Assembly (NCBI GenBank): GCA_030141605.1
Contig: JAQGDQ010000274.1
Location: forward strand, 1-64,000
DNA: 64,000 bases
Source: Tubiluchus corallicola
Lineage: Eukaryota; Animalia; Priapulida
Reading direction: 5' to 3'
The position numbers and the translations under genes were made by a program. Shown here piece by piece: positions 51,101-62,636 of this stretch (positions are counted from its first letter, which is position 1; each line of letters starts with the position of its first letter). The notes beneath the pieces were generated by a model, which had not been told where the DNA came from, ran no database searches, and was given only the letters and a program-made list of their open reading frames with translations.

Positions 51101-54100
51101 GTAGGCTTGAAACAGGCTCTCGAACCGTTGAAAGCAGATTTGCAAAATGAGGTTTCCGTGAAGTTGACCGCAACGGATACTGCACTAAAAGATGGCATCG
51201 GGAAACTGGTACGGTCTCGGGTAAGTGGCAAAATTATTGCAATTCAACGTAGAGTTAAATGTAGTAGTTAATTTAATAATCTTTATTTCACAATTTCGCA
51301 ATAAACAAATACTTACACACCACAAGTACATTGATAATCAATTTTTTGTTAATACAACAAAATTAAGATATAATTATTAAGACCTAAGAAGCAAGCTTGT
51401 GTTAGGCCACTAAAATTAGTAGTGAGAGAAAAAATCAACAACATCCTGCTAATAGTTAGTGTGAGTTACAGTGGGCATTAGTAGTATTTCACAATTACGA
51501 TTTAAACTGATGTACGATACAGAGAAATGATAAAATGTTTTAACACGTTCGTTAAGCATTTGTGGAGAAGGCAACACTTGATTAGACTATATGGAGATGT
51601 GTGGTACAGTGAAATTATAAATGTTTTAACACATTCCTAAGCATTTGTGGAAGAGGCAACACTTGATTAGACTACACAGAGATGTGTGGTACACTGAAAT
51701 TATAAATGTTTTAAATATTCACTAAGCGTTTATGGAGGAGGCAACAGTTGATTAGACTATATGAAGGTGTGCACATGCAGGGTGGATATATTTGTATATA
51801 TATCGTAATAATTACAATGTTCAGAGAGCTTCAACCCTCATTGTTGTAGAATATGTGTCCATTAGGTTCTTAGACCCAAGATAAAGGTCGTGTGAAATTG
51901 TGATAATCTTTTCGCACTAAATGTCGAAAAAAACAGTCACATACGTGACTATGATAAATGCTGTGCTCAACTGGCACAAAGTTAAAACATTCAGCTTATC
52001 AAGGTTGTGGTCTGTGGTCTGTTGCTTCCTAAATTTTCTGCTACCTAAAGAATCATCACTACGTGAAGTTAACCATTAGTCAGTTATGATGCCTTATTTC
52101 TTGTTTTAGTCAACATAATGTCAAAAGCTTTTTTTGAGGTTTGTTTTTTCAGTATTGCATTGCATACTGATCACCCGTGTCCAGGGATGTGCAAACTGCG
52201 ACCCGCGGGCCGCTTGCAGCCCGCCGCGAGATCTTGTGCGGCAGGCAAAGATGTTTGTCATCCTAATGAAAGTGCAGCTCGGGCGATGAATTGAGTCGCA
52301 AGTATCAGGAAGATATTTCCAGCTGAAGTGCACACCACGATCGCAAAGATAGTGCGGGTAGTTTCTTGCACTAAATCGGATGGCATTGACCCTCGCAAAA
52401 CGGTTGTCACTTAAGGTCACTGTCCGACATGACAGAATTTCACGTTGCTCACCTGGAACAAAAAAAAGCGATGAAATCACAGACTACCACTATCACAGCA
52501 AACTACCACGAAAGCCGCCATTGAAACGTTGAAACGTGCATGAAATGCGAGAAGCAATCTGATTGGCTGGTGGAGACACCAACCAGCCAATCTCTAGGCT
52601 TCTATTATCGGGTCGATTGATTGGCGCAGTCTTCTTCTTGATCACAATGGCTAAATCATTTCAATTTAGTTCTTTTACAAAATAAATTATAAATAAAATT
52701 ATAAAATAACCAAGACAAAATGATCTACCTACTATGACCAAGAAGACGACTGGGCAGACCAATTTGTAAGTAACCAGCAAGTTGAAAAAGTGTCACCTCT
52801 GATATAGCGGATTCCCAGATTTTAGTTTCAGCTTCAGCTCAATAGTACACGCCTGGATCAGTGCCTGTTTCATCAGGTGTAGTATTCTTATAGATCAGAA
52901 ACATAGATAAGAAAAGGAGGAAGATTGAAGACAGATTAGCATACACTGTACTGCACAGACTGTGTTCTGTACTGTACTGCACAGACTATGTGATGCACTG
53001 AACTGCACAGACTGTGTTCTGCACTGTACTGCACAGACTGTGTGATGCACAGTACTGCACAGACTATGTGATGCACTGAACTGCACAGACTGTGTTCTGC
53101 AGTACTGCACAGACTGTGTGATGCACTGTACTGCACAGACTGTGTAATGCACTGTACTACACAGACTGTATGATACACTGTACTAATATGCATTGTAATA
53201 AAATTACCATTATTTGACGTGAAAGTTGAAATCTATGGTTTTTAATATAAGTTTTAATAGCTTCTAGAATGGTTTCTTAAGTTTAGTAATAATGATGTGC
53301 GCAGATCGGATGCAAAAATCGTGTTCAGGTCCCACTGTTCTTGGCTCCTTGACCAAACTGCACGCGGCTGTCAGATAATTTGCACACCCCTGACCTAAAA
53401 TAATGAATTACACTAGCTGTCTTTCGTACCAGATTTGGGATTCATGGTGTTCTATTTCATATACATTCATACTGTGCTTTTATTATTTGATCATGTCACA
53501 AATCTATCCTTGTGATACGTCAATTCGGGTGCTGATTGTCAAAAAAACTTTACTATTTCAGGGAACAACTGACGCGATCAGTCAGGCTGTTGCCAATGTC
53601 ATTCAGCCGATAGTTCAAAAAGCCTACGTGGATTCGTATCAAAGCATGGTCCTGCCCGCCTTCGAAAGAGCTTGTCAGGCGATGTTTGGACAAATCAACG
53701 AGACCTTTCAAAAAGGAACCAGGGAGTGTAAGTATGCAGACACGTGTAAAAACTGTGCAGAATTTTTTTTTCTAAAAAGTAGATTACTGTAGTACTAAAT
53801 ATGCCAGCTTCTATAAATTCTTCCTGCATTACAGCCTGAGTTTAGTCTTAACACAACCTCATTATGACCTTAGAGCTGTTACAGAAAGTGTCGGCAGCAT
53901 CTACCTACTTTAGTGCTAATTTAGTACTCTGTAGTGCTAAGTGTGTCATCTTATGTAAATTCATTCTGAGTTTAGTCTTAACACAACCTCATTATGACCT
54001 TAGAGCTGTTACAGAAAGTGTCGGCAGCATCTAGCTACTTTAGTACTCTGTAGAACTTTTTAAGAAGCTTAAAATAGGAGAGATTAGAAAACATTGGTTT

Positions 54101-57100
54101 TTGAAATTTTCATGTTGAGTTTATGCGTATAAATTGATTTGTTACTGCCTAGAAAGATTCTAGTATATTTGTACGTTTTTTAGTAAAAATAATAAACTAG
54201 CAATTCTTTCTTGTGAGAACTAGCTTTACATTTACAACCATTAATAGTAGTCGTTACAATAAATAATACAATATACAGCGTATTTTTCTAAGATTTTTCC
54301 ACTTGGAAATTTTATTGAATGAAGGTAAAAATTGTTGGCAAAAAATGGTACCATCTGCGTTCGATCTTTGATCCGTGCGGTTATATTATAGGTCTGTATT
54401 TACACACGGATTTGCATTTTAGATCTGAGTCAGCTGCAGTTCGTCTCACAGAAGCAACAGCAAACCTTGCAGGACATGAAAGATCCCGCATTGAAGAAAC
54501 TTGAAGAACAAGTCGAAGCATTCCAGAAGAGTTCCGAGCAGTTGAGCTCAACCGTCATCTCTGAGATGCAGGCGAGCCTGAAGACTCAACTACAGACGGC
54601 AACGAACAGGTATAAGTGGATGTATTAAATGTGTACTTACATAGCAAGATTTTCCATAAGTCAGTAATTATGCTTTTCTAGTTATTCACACGTCCTGAAT
54701 CTCCACTTCACGAGGATCATTTTGACACCAAGTTCATCGCTCTATATTATTTCTGAGCTGAGATAACCACGTTGAAGTTGAGCAGCAGGCTACGCAGTGA
54801 AAAACAACCTTGAGAAAATCACTGTTAAAGTCAGCCATTGTTTTTGTCGCATCTCTACAAAACACTTAGCAACTGTACGAAAGTGTGGTTGCTATGGCCT
54901 TTGCAAGAACACAATGAAGTTATGTTTAAATACAGTAGATGGCTCTTCCTGACGAAGGTCTGTGCTTGGCAGGAGAAAACACCCCAAGCAAAATGACTGC
55001 TTCCAGGAGCTACAATCAAAGTTTGAAAGTACAAGTTTTTTTACGATTACAGTACTAGTTTCTAGAGAGAAAAGTGGGTAAAGAGTTATAAACTTAAATT
55101 TTTAGTGTTTTTTGAACACTTTCTTGATAATTTGATGCCAGAATATAAAAGTCCAATATATTTAGTGTAGGTTTTTACAAAATGCGAAAAAATGACATTT
55201 GACGAAATTTTTGGTGCTTTCTACTTTGAAGCATCATAACGTAGTTTGAACTATGCCGACTTGTGGACGGTTTTGGTATGCAAGCATACGAATGCATTTT
55301 ATCGATATGTTAAAGTTTGCATACAAATGAATGGCTCATAACAGCTGGTCAGAGATTTGCAGCTGGCTGATGATCCAATATTGGGAGCTAGTTTCGCTAT
55401 GCTTGATGGTAATGGTTATGTAAAGGAAGCCAATGTTGTGGCTTATAATGTTCCTTGCAAAACATCTAATTTGTAGAATTTCTCTCACATGGGCAGCGAG
55501 AGCACTCGCAGACGGTTTACGCATAAAATTCTTAGAACATTTGTTAATTTGTCTAGAACATTTTGTCTAGCTGTTGTTCTTTTTAATATTGCTATGGAAT
55601 AAGCTAGAAATATAGCTTATTTGCTGTGGAATCGATTCATAATTGGTTAATGCTAAATGCACTTGAAATACTAAAGCGAAAAACATGTATTTTATTAACC
55701 TCTTACATGTGTGATAAATATTAGTGTTTCATTAGATTGTGTGTTCCCAACCTCGGGATCATGACCCCAAGTGGGGGGTCACCAAGCAGTTTTCATGGGG
55801 TCGCGGGTTAGTCCAAAAACTATTTTTAAAAAATGCAGTTTTCATGAAAAGTATGTAAGTAGGTCTTGTTTCCTCGGTCTCTCATTACATCATTTTGTTC
55901 TGGAAAATGAAACTGCGTTTTCCCACTCTAAATGCAGGATACCAGTGCTTGATTTTCCGGGAAAATGAAAATGCACGTTGTTCCATACTGTACACTTGTG
56001 TGCAGTGTACATCGCCCGAAAGAGCGTCACTATTCATTTTACCTTGGATATCTATTGCTGTTGCATTACTGGTCGCTGAGAAACAGGTGTAACCTTTACA
56101 TGAATGAATTAATGAAACAATCACTCATTTTTCAATAATTTGTTGAATAATAAGTTAAAATTAATAAATCGGAACGATGATGTTTAATAGCATAACATCC
56201 AAGATTATATTCTTCATGGGGTTGCGATGTGATGCAGGATTCTGGAAAGGGGTCGCCATCAACAAAACGTTGGGAACCACTGCATTAGATATTTAGCCCA
56301 TGAGAAATAAAAATGAAGAATACTGCAATATATGCTCTAGAATTTACTAACAGAAGAATGCCCATCGCTTACATGTGTTTATGCTTATACTGTCTCTCTG
56401 TAAGTCAATTGATCTGTAATAGATGTCAGCTTTTTCTGTTTTCAGTGTCGTTATGGTTTTCTTTCATTCTTCAGGTTGCAAGATACGCTGAGCAACAACA
56501 TTAGTGCAGTGATTAAAGATGAAATGAAATCAGCCCTAAAAGAGCAGCATACCGTTATAGGTAAATGTTTGAATAATCTTCTTGAGCGAGATGAGTGAGA
56601 TGTGTCAGTGATTTTATTTGCTTTCTTTGTAATACAAGTCAATTTTGGGCATAAGGTACTCGATTATAAGGGACAGTCACTTATAAGGGACGACCTACAC
56701 CGGTCCACATTTTCCTATGTAAAAATCTTCGTATATAAGGTACTCGGATATAAGGGACTTTCAGTTATAAGGGACACTCTCTTATAAGGGACCACCAACA
56801 CCGGTCCCAATTTTTCGTAACGTTTTTCCTATGTAAAAATCGTCGTATATAAGGTACTGTGATATAAGGAACTTTCGGTTATAAGGGACAATATCTTCAA
56901 GTTCCATATAATAGCAACCACATGTAAGTGACCCTATTATCAAAGCGAAATTGATCGATTTTTAACCTAAATTTTTCGTAAACTCTGCCTTCGAACAGCT
57001 CGGTTTCCGCAGTCACATACATCTCGCATCACTGAAGGAGCTTCCTACATACCGTTTGCACTGAATGTGTAGCAATAATCCATAAATATATGGGTGAAAG

Positions 57101-60100
57101 TACTTATACAGGAGGATCAATTTAGATGCAATCACATTAAACTTACATTACAGTAAATCAGCTATTTGCTTTTTTACCAGTGCTATAAAGCTGTTTCACA
57201 TTAATTCAACTATTTGCCTTTTTACCAGTGCTATAAAGCTGTTTCACATTTAACCAACTATTTGCTTTTTTACCAGTGCTATAAAGCTGTTTCACATTAA
57301 TTCAACTATTTGCCTTTTTACCAGTGCTATAAAGCTGTTTCACATTTAACCAACTATTTGCTTTTTTACCAGTGCTATAAAGCTGTTTCACATTAATTCA
57401 ACTATTTGCCTTTTTACCAGTGCTATAAAGCTGTTTCACATTTAACCAACTATTTGCCTTTTTAGCAGTGCTATAAAGCTGTTTCACATTTAACCAACTA
57501 TTTGCCGTTCTACCAGTGCTATAAAGCTGTTTCACATTTAACCAACTATTTGCCTTTCTACCAGTGCTATAAAGCTGTTTCACATTTAACCAACTATTTG
57601 CCTTTTTACCAGTGCTATAAAGCTGTTTCACATTTAACCAACTATTTGCCTTTTTACCAATGCCATAAAACTGTTTCACATTTAACCAACTATTTGCCTT
57701 TCTACCAGTGCTATAAAGCTGGTTAGCATTTAACCAACTTTTTGACTTTTTACCAATGCTATAAAACTGTTTCACATTTAACCAACTATTTGCCTTTTTA
57801 CCAATGCTATAAAACTGTTTCACATTTAACCAACTATTTGCCTTTCTACCAGTGCTATAAAGCTGTTTCATGTTAATTCAACTATTTGCCATTTTCACCA
57901 GTGCTATAAAGCTGTTTCAAATAATCGAATCAGAAATTTATGATCACATTGCGAAAAGCTGTCATATTTGAGAGCTTTCACCTTTTTCTCTCTGTTTAAA
58001 AAAACTAGCGTATGGATAACTAGGCTTTTTCTACTATAGTACATTTTCATAAGCTTTTTATTGCCTCCAATTATTTTGCAAAATGAAATCTGACGTTTAC
58101 GTAATTGAATTTTTTCTGCTTTATTGCTGTTTAATATCCCAAAAGTTGAAATGTAGCATTAAACAAACCTGTTCCGTTACTTAAATCTTTTGCTTAAAAC
58201 GAGCAAATGGGCTGTACTAATCCACTAACTTTCTTCACCGTTGTCTAGGAGACAGCGTGGTGAGTGCGCTTCGCTCGAATGCCGCCACGCCCGTACCAAA
58301 GCTTCCTATGGATCTCCAGATGCAGAAGATGCACTTGCAGCAGCTGCTCCAACAGAAGCAACTTAACGAAGCGTTTCAAACGGTTTGTAGCTTCGTCGAT
58401 AACAGTAGTTTATGTATCTTTATTTAAATTTACTGAAAGTTTTTTTCTAATAGGTTAATAAGACAATCACTGTTAAATAATTTGTTGAAGAGCAAGTTAA
58501 AATTAACAAATGCAGGGATGAGAATTTTCCAGATACACGGAATTCCGAGTTTTTGGAAGACCAATAGTGCCATTTTTTGTAAATCGCGTAAATTCATTGA
58601 GAAAATTTTTACAGACCCAGTACATTATTTCACAAGCTGACTTTGTTTACATCACGTACATCAGTGTAACCACGTGTATATCTCTATGTATAAAAATATA
58701 GAATCAATTGTGCAGAGTTATTTGAGTCAATTGCAGACAGTTTTTGTATACTTTTGTATAGGAGCGGCCAGTACTTAGGGGTTTTTGAGACAATTAGGTA
58801 TCATGTATCCTTGATAGTAGAGTATTTTAAATTATGCATAAAACAAGGTAATTGATATTTTAATTCCACTTAGAGCCTCTCTATGGTCACAAAATTGCAA
58901 TTTGTTGCTGGCTCCAAGGGGACTTCCCTTGAACCCCATTGGCGGCCTACACGGCCCCCAAACCCTCGGCCTGTTTCAGAGGTTTTTTTGCAATTTGTCA
59001 TTCTCATCCCTGTAAATGTAGATGATAATGATCATTAATAGTACAACATGTGATTATGTTCTTCGTGGGGTTGCTATGTGATGCAGGTTTCTGGAAAGGG
59101 GTCGCCGTCAACAAAAGGTTGGGAATCACTGGGGTAAAGTGTTAACTAAAGATTATGCTTAACCACTGAAAATAATATTACCTCACCCAGCACTTGGTAC
59201 ACTAAATCGATACATTATCGGATGTGCAAGTAGTAAAACGTACATTTTTTTCTGTTCAGGCTCTGTCTGCGTCTAATCTCAGCCTCGTCATGTTTGTGTG
59301 TAATGCCATCCAGCCAGCGGATGTGTTCGAGCGAACTCCGTGCCCGCTCCAGCAACCGGTGCTTCTTTCGCTCATCTCTCAGCTTTCTGCGGATCTCGGT
59401 ACCGAGACGGAGTTGAAGCACAAGTAAGTAAAACTGCTGTGCGCTTGGCAATTTAATATTTATACATTCTCTTGTACGCTGTCAAGTGGTAAGTGTTAGT
59501 GTGTCTGAGAGGCATTTATGACAAATCTTCAAAAGTCTCAGTTGAATTTTATGTAAACCACTGATCTTTATTTGTGCAATATTAAAAAATTAAAATAGAA
59601 AAGCAAAAGTGACTGACATTCGCTAATTTTATGAAAAGTTACATAGTTTAGTTAGATTGGCAGTTATTTAGACCATTCAAAAATATCAATGAATAAATCA
59701 AAATAAAAATTAACAGAAATAAATTTACATCATTGTGGCATATATCTAATGATAAATTTCGCTAGCTTGCACAAGACAGATTGTTCACATGTACTACAGA
59801 ACTGCATTCTGACAAGATAACTGGGTCAAATGCCCACACTTTAACGTTTCCAGGTAGATGGAGCCACCTTGGTTACAAACTTTAAATTTATTAAGTGAGG
59901 TTCACACTGGCCTTAATAGTAAAGTTTTAAACAGTGAAGCAGCAGAATAATGCTAAAGTAAACTGCTAAAGTAAGAATAATGCTGGGTACAAAATGATGT
60001 GTTAATTAGCTATTACCAGGACTGGATTATGATTTTTTGGGATACCTAGGGTAGTGAAATTCTCAGCCCCGTCTGACTCACCTACATTTACGTAGCTTGA

Positions 60101-61211
60101 AGTAAACTTTTGCTAATTCCTTAAATAAACTAGAATAGCTGATTTTTGTGTCTTAATAAAAGTATTCTTAAAGAAATACCACCATTTTACTGTTTATTGC
60201 AAACCAAATTAGCACATATTTCAACACAATCGAAGTGAAAAAACAAATTTTTCAGTACCCAAACTTGAGGGATCCTAGGCTGCAGCCTATTCTAGCCTAT
60301 GTGATAATTCTCTGTATTACCGTGGAGCCTATTAGCTCACTTTGATCTACCACAGCGTACCTTTAAGACCCGACACTTTACACGTTTAACGGGATCACGT
60401 GTTGTTGGTGTTTATTTGTACTTTGCAATGTACCTGTTCACTCGCCAGATTACATCGACTTCATCACAATCTTCATCAATATTTCACTTTTCCTGCTTTT
60501 GCTGTGGTTAGAAAATTTACGTATCCTGAATACGGGGGCGAGCATCGAATGTTCGCGTTCGATTCCAGCAAGTTTTTTTTAGTTTGAATTCGATTTTGAA
60601 CCTAAAATTATAGATTCGAATAATTCAGCGCTTCTACTGCATATGTCCTTTTTCATTAAAACGTTTTGAAACGTCATTGAAATACCAGTGTTTAGGTGCA
60701 ATTTCTGTGCCCGATTTTTATACAAATTATTTGTGTTTCTGCTGCAGAATTAAATAAAGTAAAATGCATGATCTTTGACAGACTGCTTTTTGTCACTGAT
60801 TTGCAAATTCATTTGAAAATCTTTAAAAATCAATTAGAATTCATTTCGAATTTGAAATTCTGTTTGAAAGCCTTAAACTGGTTTCAATTCAAATTCACTC
60901 TCGAATGCTGTCCTTGGTAATGAATGTAAGTTGTTTAGTTTAGACAAAGATGTAGATTGAACGTTGAACCCTGTCTTAACAGCTTTTGTAAACAGCTTTT
61001 TAATTAAAAGTACTTTAATTGACTTAGATACATAGAGGAGGCCGTGATGAATCTAGATGCGACGTCGCCACTTGTCAAAGAACACATCCCAACCGTGATC
61101 GGATCACTGCGCAAGAAGCTTATGCTGTACCTGGAAGCCCATCCTCATGGTCCGATGGCTCGCAACATGAAAATGTTGCTCATGGCTGCACAGTCATTGT
61201 TAGGACATTAA
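24115..61211 (+). CDS. EDC4: Enhancer of mRNA-decapping protein 4 (Ge-1/Hedls): WD40 propeller, Ser-rich linker, coiled coil and C-terminal helical domain; about 1255 aa
   Basis: Exons: 24115-24151 (uncertain; alternative start ATG at 25701), 25672-25762, 26556-26652, 27733-27838, 28041-28233, 30335-30488, 30626-30730, 31626-31738, 32635-32718, 33551-33646, 33916-34009 (GC donor), 35301-35481, 36352-36552, 38272-38467, 39953-40053, 40958-41106, 42836-43032, 44254-44310, 46449-46502, 46847-46907, 48556-48754 (U12-type donor), 50105-50269, 51105-51220, 53562-53727, 54423-54609, 56475-56560, 58249-58382, 59260-59423, 61028-61211 (TAA). Total 3768 nt, frame-consistent. Motifs GSNKVK..YDWE..Y.GNL.A, SERLLLKGF.G.V.D.AFAH, RVIWCPYIP, FSPDGTALATAS, CLHKWSPHNGKPLS, WTCLQTIRF, VLPAFERACQAMFGQINETFQKGTREY, PCPLQQPVLLSLISQLSADL and YIEEAVMNLD match recalled EDC4/Ge-1. 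Confidence 0.95.
26789..27399. mobile_element. Tigger/pogo-like MITE
   Basis: TA-CAGTCATACCTCTGTT ... AACAGAGGTACTACTG-TA. Confidence 0.75.
28763..29293 (-). mobile_element. Tc1/pogo-like MITE family F
   Basis: TA-CAGTAGGTGCCACTTAATA ... TATTAAGCGGCACCTACTG-TA; deletion derivative of 38731-39751. Confidence 0.8.
31877..32404 (-). mobile_element. hAT (Charlie-like) MITE family I
   Basis: CAGTGGTTCCCAAC / GTTGGGAACCCGTG termini; reverse homolog of 55738-56282. Confidence 0.8.
33009..33566 (+). repeat. Five-unit tandem repeat (about 112 bp) containing the EDC4 exon-10 splice acceptor
   Basis: TTTTTAG/TGTACAGTTTTG(G)AAG recurs with exon-start copies at 33105, 33217, 33329, 33441 and 33551 (the real exon). 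Confidence 0.92.
34008..34082 (+). repeat. 35-bp tandem duplication including the GC splice donor
   Basis: AGGCAAGTTTTTACCTTTTGCTTTACTTTACCAA(T/C) twice, followed by AGGCA. Confidence 0.85.
34545..34990. repeat. Minisatellite, about 80-bp unit, about 5.5 copies
   Basis: GTTGTGAAACCTTTGCACCATAGCAGTGTCGCCAGGGCGATATGTTACTACGAAAAAGTAGTGCCACATTGTTTCACCAC repeated. Confidence 0.9.
35720..36200 (-). mobile_element. 5'-truncated CR1/L2-like LINE 3' end
   Basis: - strand peptide YGSHSFSTVAPKLWNDLPIHVRKS (RT C-terminal motif), followed by a UTR and a TAA-rich tail. Confidence 0.65.
36634..37288 (-). mobile_element. MITE family D, full-length copy
   Basis: About 40-bp imperfect TIRs (TATGTGTGTGCAAACC.. 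/ ..GCTATGCAAACACACACATA); four copies in window. Confidence 0.8.
37513..38178 (+). mobile_element. Tigger-like MITE family E, copy 3
   Basis: TA-CAGTAAAAGTCCTCGCTTAAC ... GTTAAGCGAGGTTCTTACTG-TA. Confidence 0.75.
38731..39751 (+). mobile_element. Tc1/pogo-like MITE family F, long copy
   Basis: TIRs TAGTCGGCGCCGCTTAATAG / CTATTAAGTGGCGACTACTG with TA flanks. Confidence 0.8.
40098..40721. mobile_element. Possible Kolobok-like MITE
   Basis: TTAA-AGGAAGACGGG ... CCGGTTTTGCT-TTAA termini; no second copy in window. Confidence 0.4.
41387..41898 (-). mobile_element. 5S rRNA-derived SINE (SINE3-type), copy 2, apparently full length
   Basis: 5S-like head 41789-41898 on - strand, about 400-bp GC-rich body, 11-bp TSD TTTAAGGATGT (41376-41386 / 41899-41909). 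Confidence 0.9.
43494..43669. repeat. 27-bp minisatellite, about 6.5 copies
   Basis: GCCGGAGTTGCAAAGCTCGCTACCGTC repeated in tandem. Confidence 0.9.
44503..44924 (-). mobile_element. hAT-like MITE family K
   Basis: Reverse homolog of 9207-9627. Confidence 0.65.
45830..46288 (+). mobile_element. hAT MITE family J, copy 1
   Basis: CAGGGATGAGAAT / ATTCTCATCCCTG TIRs; homologs at 58513-59012 and 62024-62484. Confidence 0.85.
47081..47498 (+). mobile_element. Transposon-like fragment family H (ATAAGGGAC-rich)
   Basis: Homologous to 56636-57105. Confidence 0.6.
48755..50104 (+). other. Putative U12-type (minor spliceosome) GT-AG intron of EDC4
   Basis: 5' site GTATCCTTA; branch-like TTTTCTTGAC with A at 50090, 14 nt before the intron end; phase 1 joins the flanking exons in frame. 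Confidence 0.8.
49541..49928 (+). mobile_element. MITE family A, copy 3
   Basis: Perfect 16-bp TIR AAGCCTTTTCACAGTT / AACTGTGAAAAGGCTT. Confidence 0.85.
50359..50996 (+). mobile_element. Kolobok-like MITE with long imperfect TIRs
   Basis: TTAA-AGCAAAAGCCAAGTCTCT ... AGAGACTTGGCTTTTTGCT-TTAA. Confidence 0.8.
51530..51770. repeat. Tandem repeat, about 90-bp unit, about 2.7 copies
   Basis: AAATGTTTTAACAC..TAAGCATTTGTGGA..GGCAACACTTGATTAGACTA recurs three times. Confidence 0.8.
52182..53392. mobile_element. hAT (Charlie-like) non-autonomous element containing a satellite
   Basis: TIRs CAGGGATGTGCAAA / TTTGCACACCCCTG and GCGGGCCGC subterminal motifs. Confidence 0.7.
52942..53185. repeat. Minisatellite, about 26-bp unit
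   Basis: CACTGTACTGCACAGACTGTGTGATG variants, about 9-10 copies. Confidence 0.9.
53836..54053. repeat. Direct duplication, 130-bp period
   Basis: CTGAGTTTAGTCTTAACACAACCTCATTATGACCTTAGAGCTGTTACAGAAAGTGTCGGCAGCATCTA occurs twice. Confidence 0.8.
54629..55289 (+). mobile_element. MITE family D copy
   Basis: Reverse homolog of 36634-37288. Confidence 0.75.
55738..56282 (+). mobile_element. hAT (Charlie-like) MITE family I
   Basis: 8-bp TSD CATTAGAT (55730-55737 / 56283-56290); TTCCCAAC / GTTGGGAACCACTG termini. Confidence 0.88.
56636..57105 (+). mobile_element. Transposon-like fragment family H
   Basis: Homologous to 47081-47420; internal ATAAGGGAC repeats. Confidence 0.6.
57161..57918. repeat. 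39-bp minisatellite, about 19 copies
   Basis: CTATTTGCCTTTTTACCAGTGCTATAAAGCTGTTTCACATTTAACCAA-type unit. Confidence 0.95.
58513..59012 (+). mobile_element. hAT MITE family J, copy 2, nested in a family I remnant (about 58470-59131)
   Basis: CAGGGATGAGAAT / ATTCTCATCCCTG TIRs; flanks join into the family I end sequence. Confidence 0.8.
60531..60919 (+). mobile_element. hAT-like MITE family L
   Basis: Homologous to 22560-22970. Confidence 0.6.
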
Positions 61212-61355
61212 TTTGTGATATTGCTGGATTGTACAACACTCATCAGTACTTAGTAATGTCCAAATCATGTACAGTCATTGTTAGGACATTAATTTGTGAT
61301 GTAACTGGATCGTACGGAACTCAGCAGTACTCAGTGGTGTCCGAATCATGTACAG
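61190..61355 (+). repeat. 81-bp tandem duplication covering the last EDC4 codons and stop
   Basis: ACAGTCATTGTTAGGACATTAATTTGTGAT at 61190 and 61271. Confidence 0.85.
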
Positions 61356-62023
61356 ATAATAACATTTTAAAAGTAGAATCATCAGTAGCACCTCCTTTAG
61401 TCGTAGATTGTTTTGCTTTTATAATTTTACAAGTTATAGTTAAAATGCATTTTAACGCCTGTGTTCATTAATCGTTCTGTCAAACACTGTTGCTGGCTTA
61501 AGAATGGAAACAAGTTGTATTTGAAGTCCTGAATTCAAAAACTAAGAACACCACAAAAATGCTAATTCAGCTAATGAAAGCTACTCTTGGTTTGCTTTGT
61601 AATGCAGCATATGTTTAAGGTTGCTAATTTTTACTGATTTCTTTATTCTCATTTCATTTCTTAACCCTCCGACCAGAGAAGATTGAGTTTAAACCCACCT
61701 ACCAGTACCTGTCATCTTCTCAGCTTAAACTATCTTTCTATTATAAGCAAAATTTATTCGACCGCTCACCCGTGACTTTTAATCTAACTGCCCGTACTGC
61801 CGTTGTGTTGATATACTCCGTCATTTGATATAAGCAAAAGCGAGAAAGTCAACATATGTCAAATACTTTTAGACCGCCTGCTAGCTGGCCTTGAAATTTA
61901 TCATTATTGTGGTAAAATGGCCTACATTAGGCCTTGGAGGCGTAATCAAATGAAGTAACATAATTCACCGAATAAAAACATTTCTTCTGAGGATTTCCTG
62001 TACATCATTTTTTCACTCGTAAC

Positions 62024-62484
62024 CAGGGATGAGAAGTTTCCGCGGATACGCTGAATTCGTTGAGAAAATTTTTACGGACCCAGTACATTATTTCACAAGC
62101 TGACCGCTAGTTCGCAGGCCGTCACTTTGTTTACATCACGTACATCAGTGTAGCCACGTGTATATCTCTATGTATAAAAATATAGAATCAATTGTGCGGA
62201 GTTATTTGAGTCAATTGCAGACAGTTTTTATATACTTTTGCATAGGAGTGGCCAGTACTTAGCCGTTTTTGAGACAATTAGGTATCGTGTAGCCTTGATA
62301 GTTGGGTATTTTAAATTATGCATGAAACCAGGTAACTGATATTTTAAGTCCACTTAGAGGCTCTCTATGGTCACAAAATTGCAATTTGTGGCTGGCTCCC
62401 CTTGAACTCCATTGGGGGCCTAGATGGCCCCAAAAACCCCGGCCTGTTTCAGAGTTTTTTTACAATTTGTCATTCTCATCCGTG
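62024..62484 (+). mobile_element. hAT MITE family J, copy 3
   Basis: 8-bp TSD CTCGTAAC (62016-62023 / 62485-62492). Confidence 0.88.
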
Positions 62485-62636
62485 CTCGTAACATTAACAC
62501 AGTTCTTACTTTGCATGAATGAATCAAACACACTGTCAGTTCTTATCATTGTTCCAATACATTATGTATTTTACAGGATAGAGTGTGTTTGTATACTCGT
62601 AGTGATACTTTGTTTAATTTTCACCAAAACCTTTAA

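Noticed and set aside
57398-57871. 157-aa repetitive ORF (KKANSWLNVKQLYSTG repeats)
   Set aside because: Translation of an intronic minisatellite; no splice or homology support.
61661-61890. piggyBac-like element starting TTAACCCT
   Set aside because: No matching AGGGTTAA right end found.
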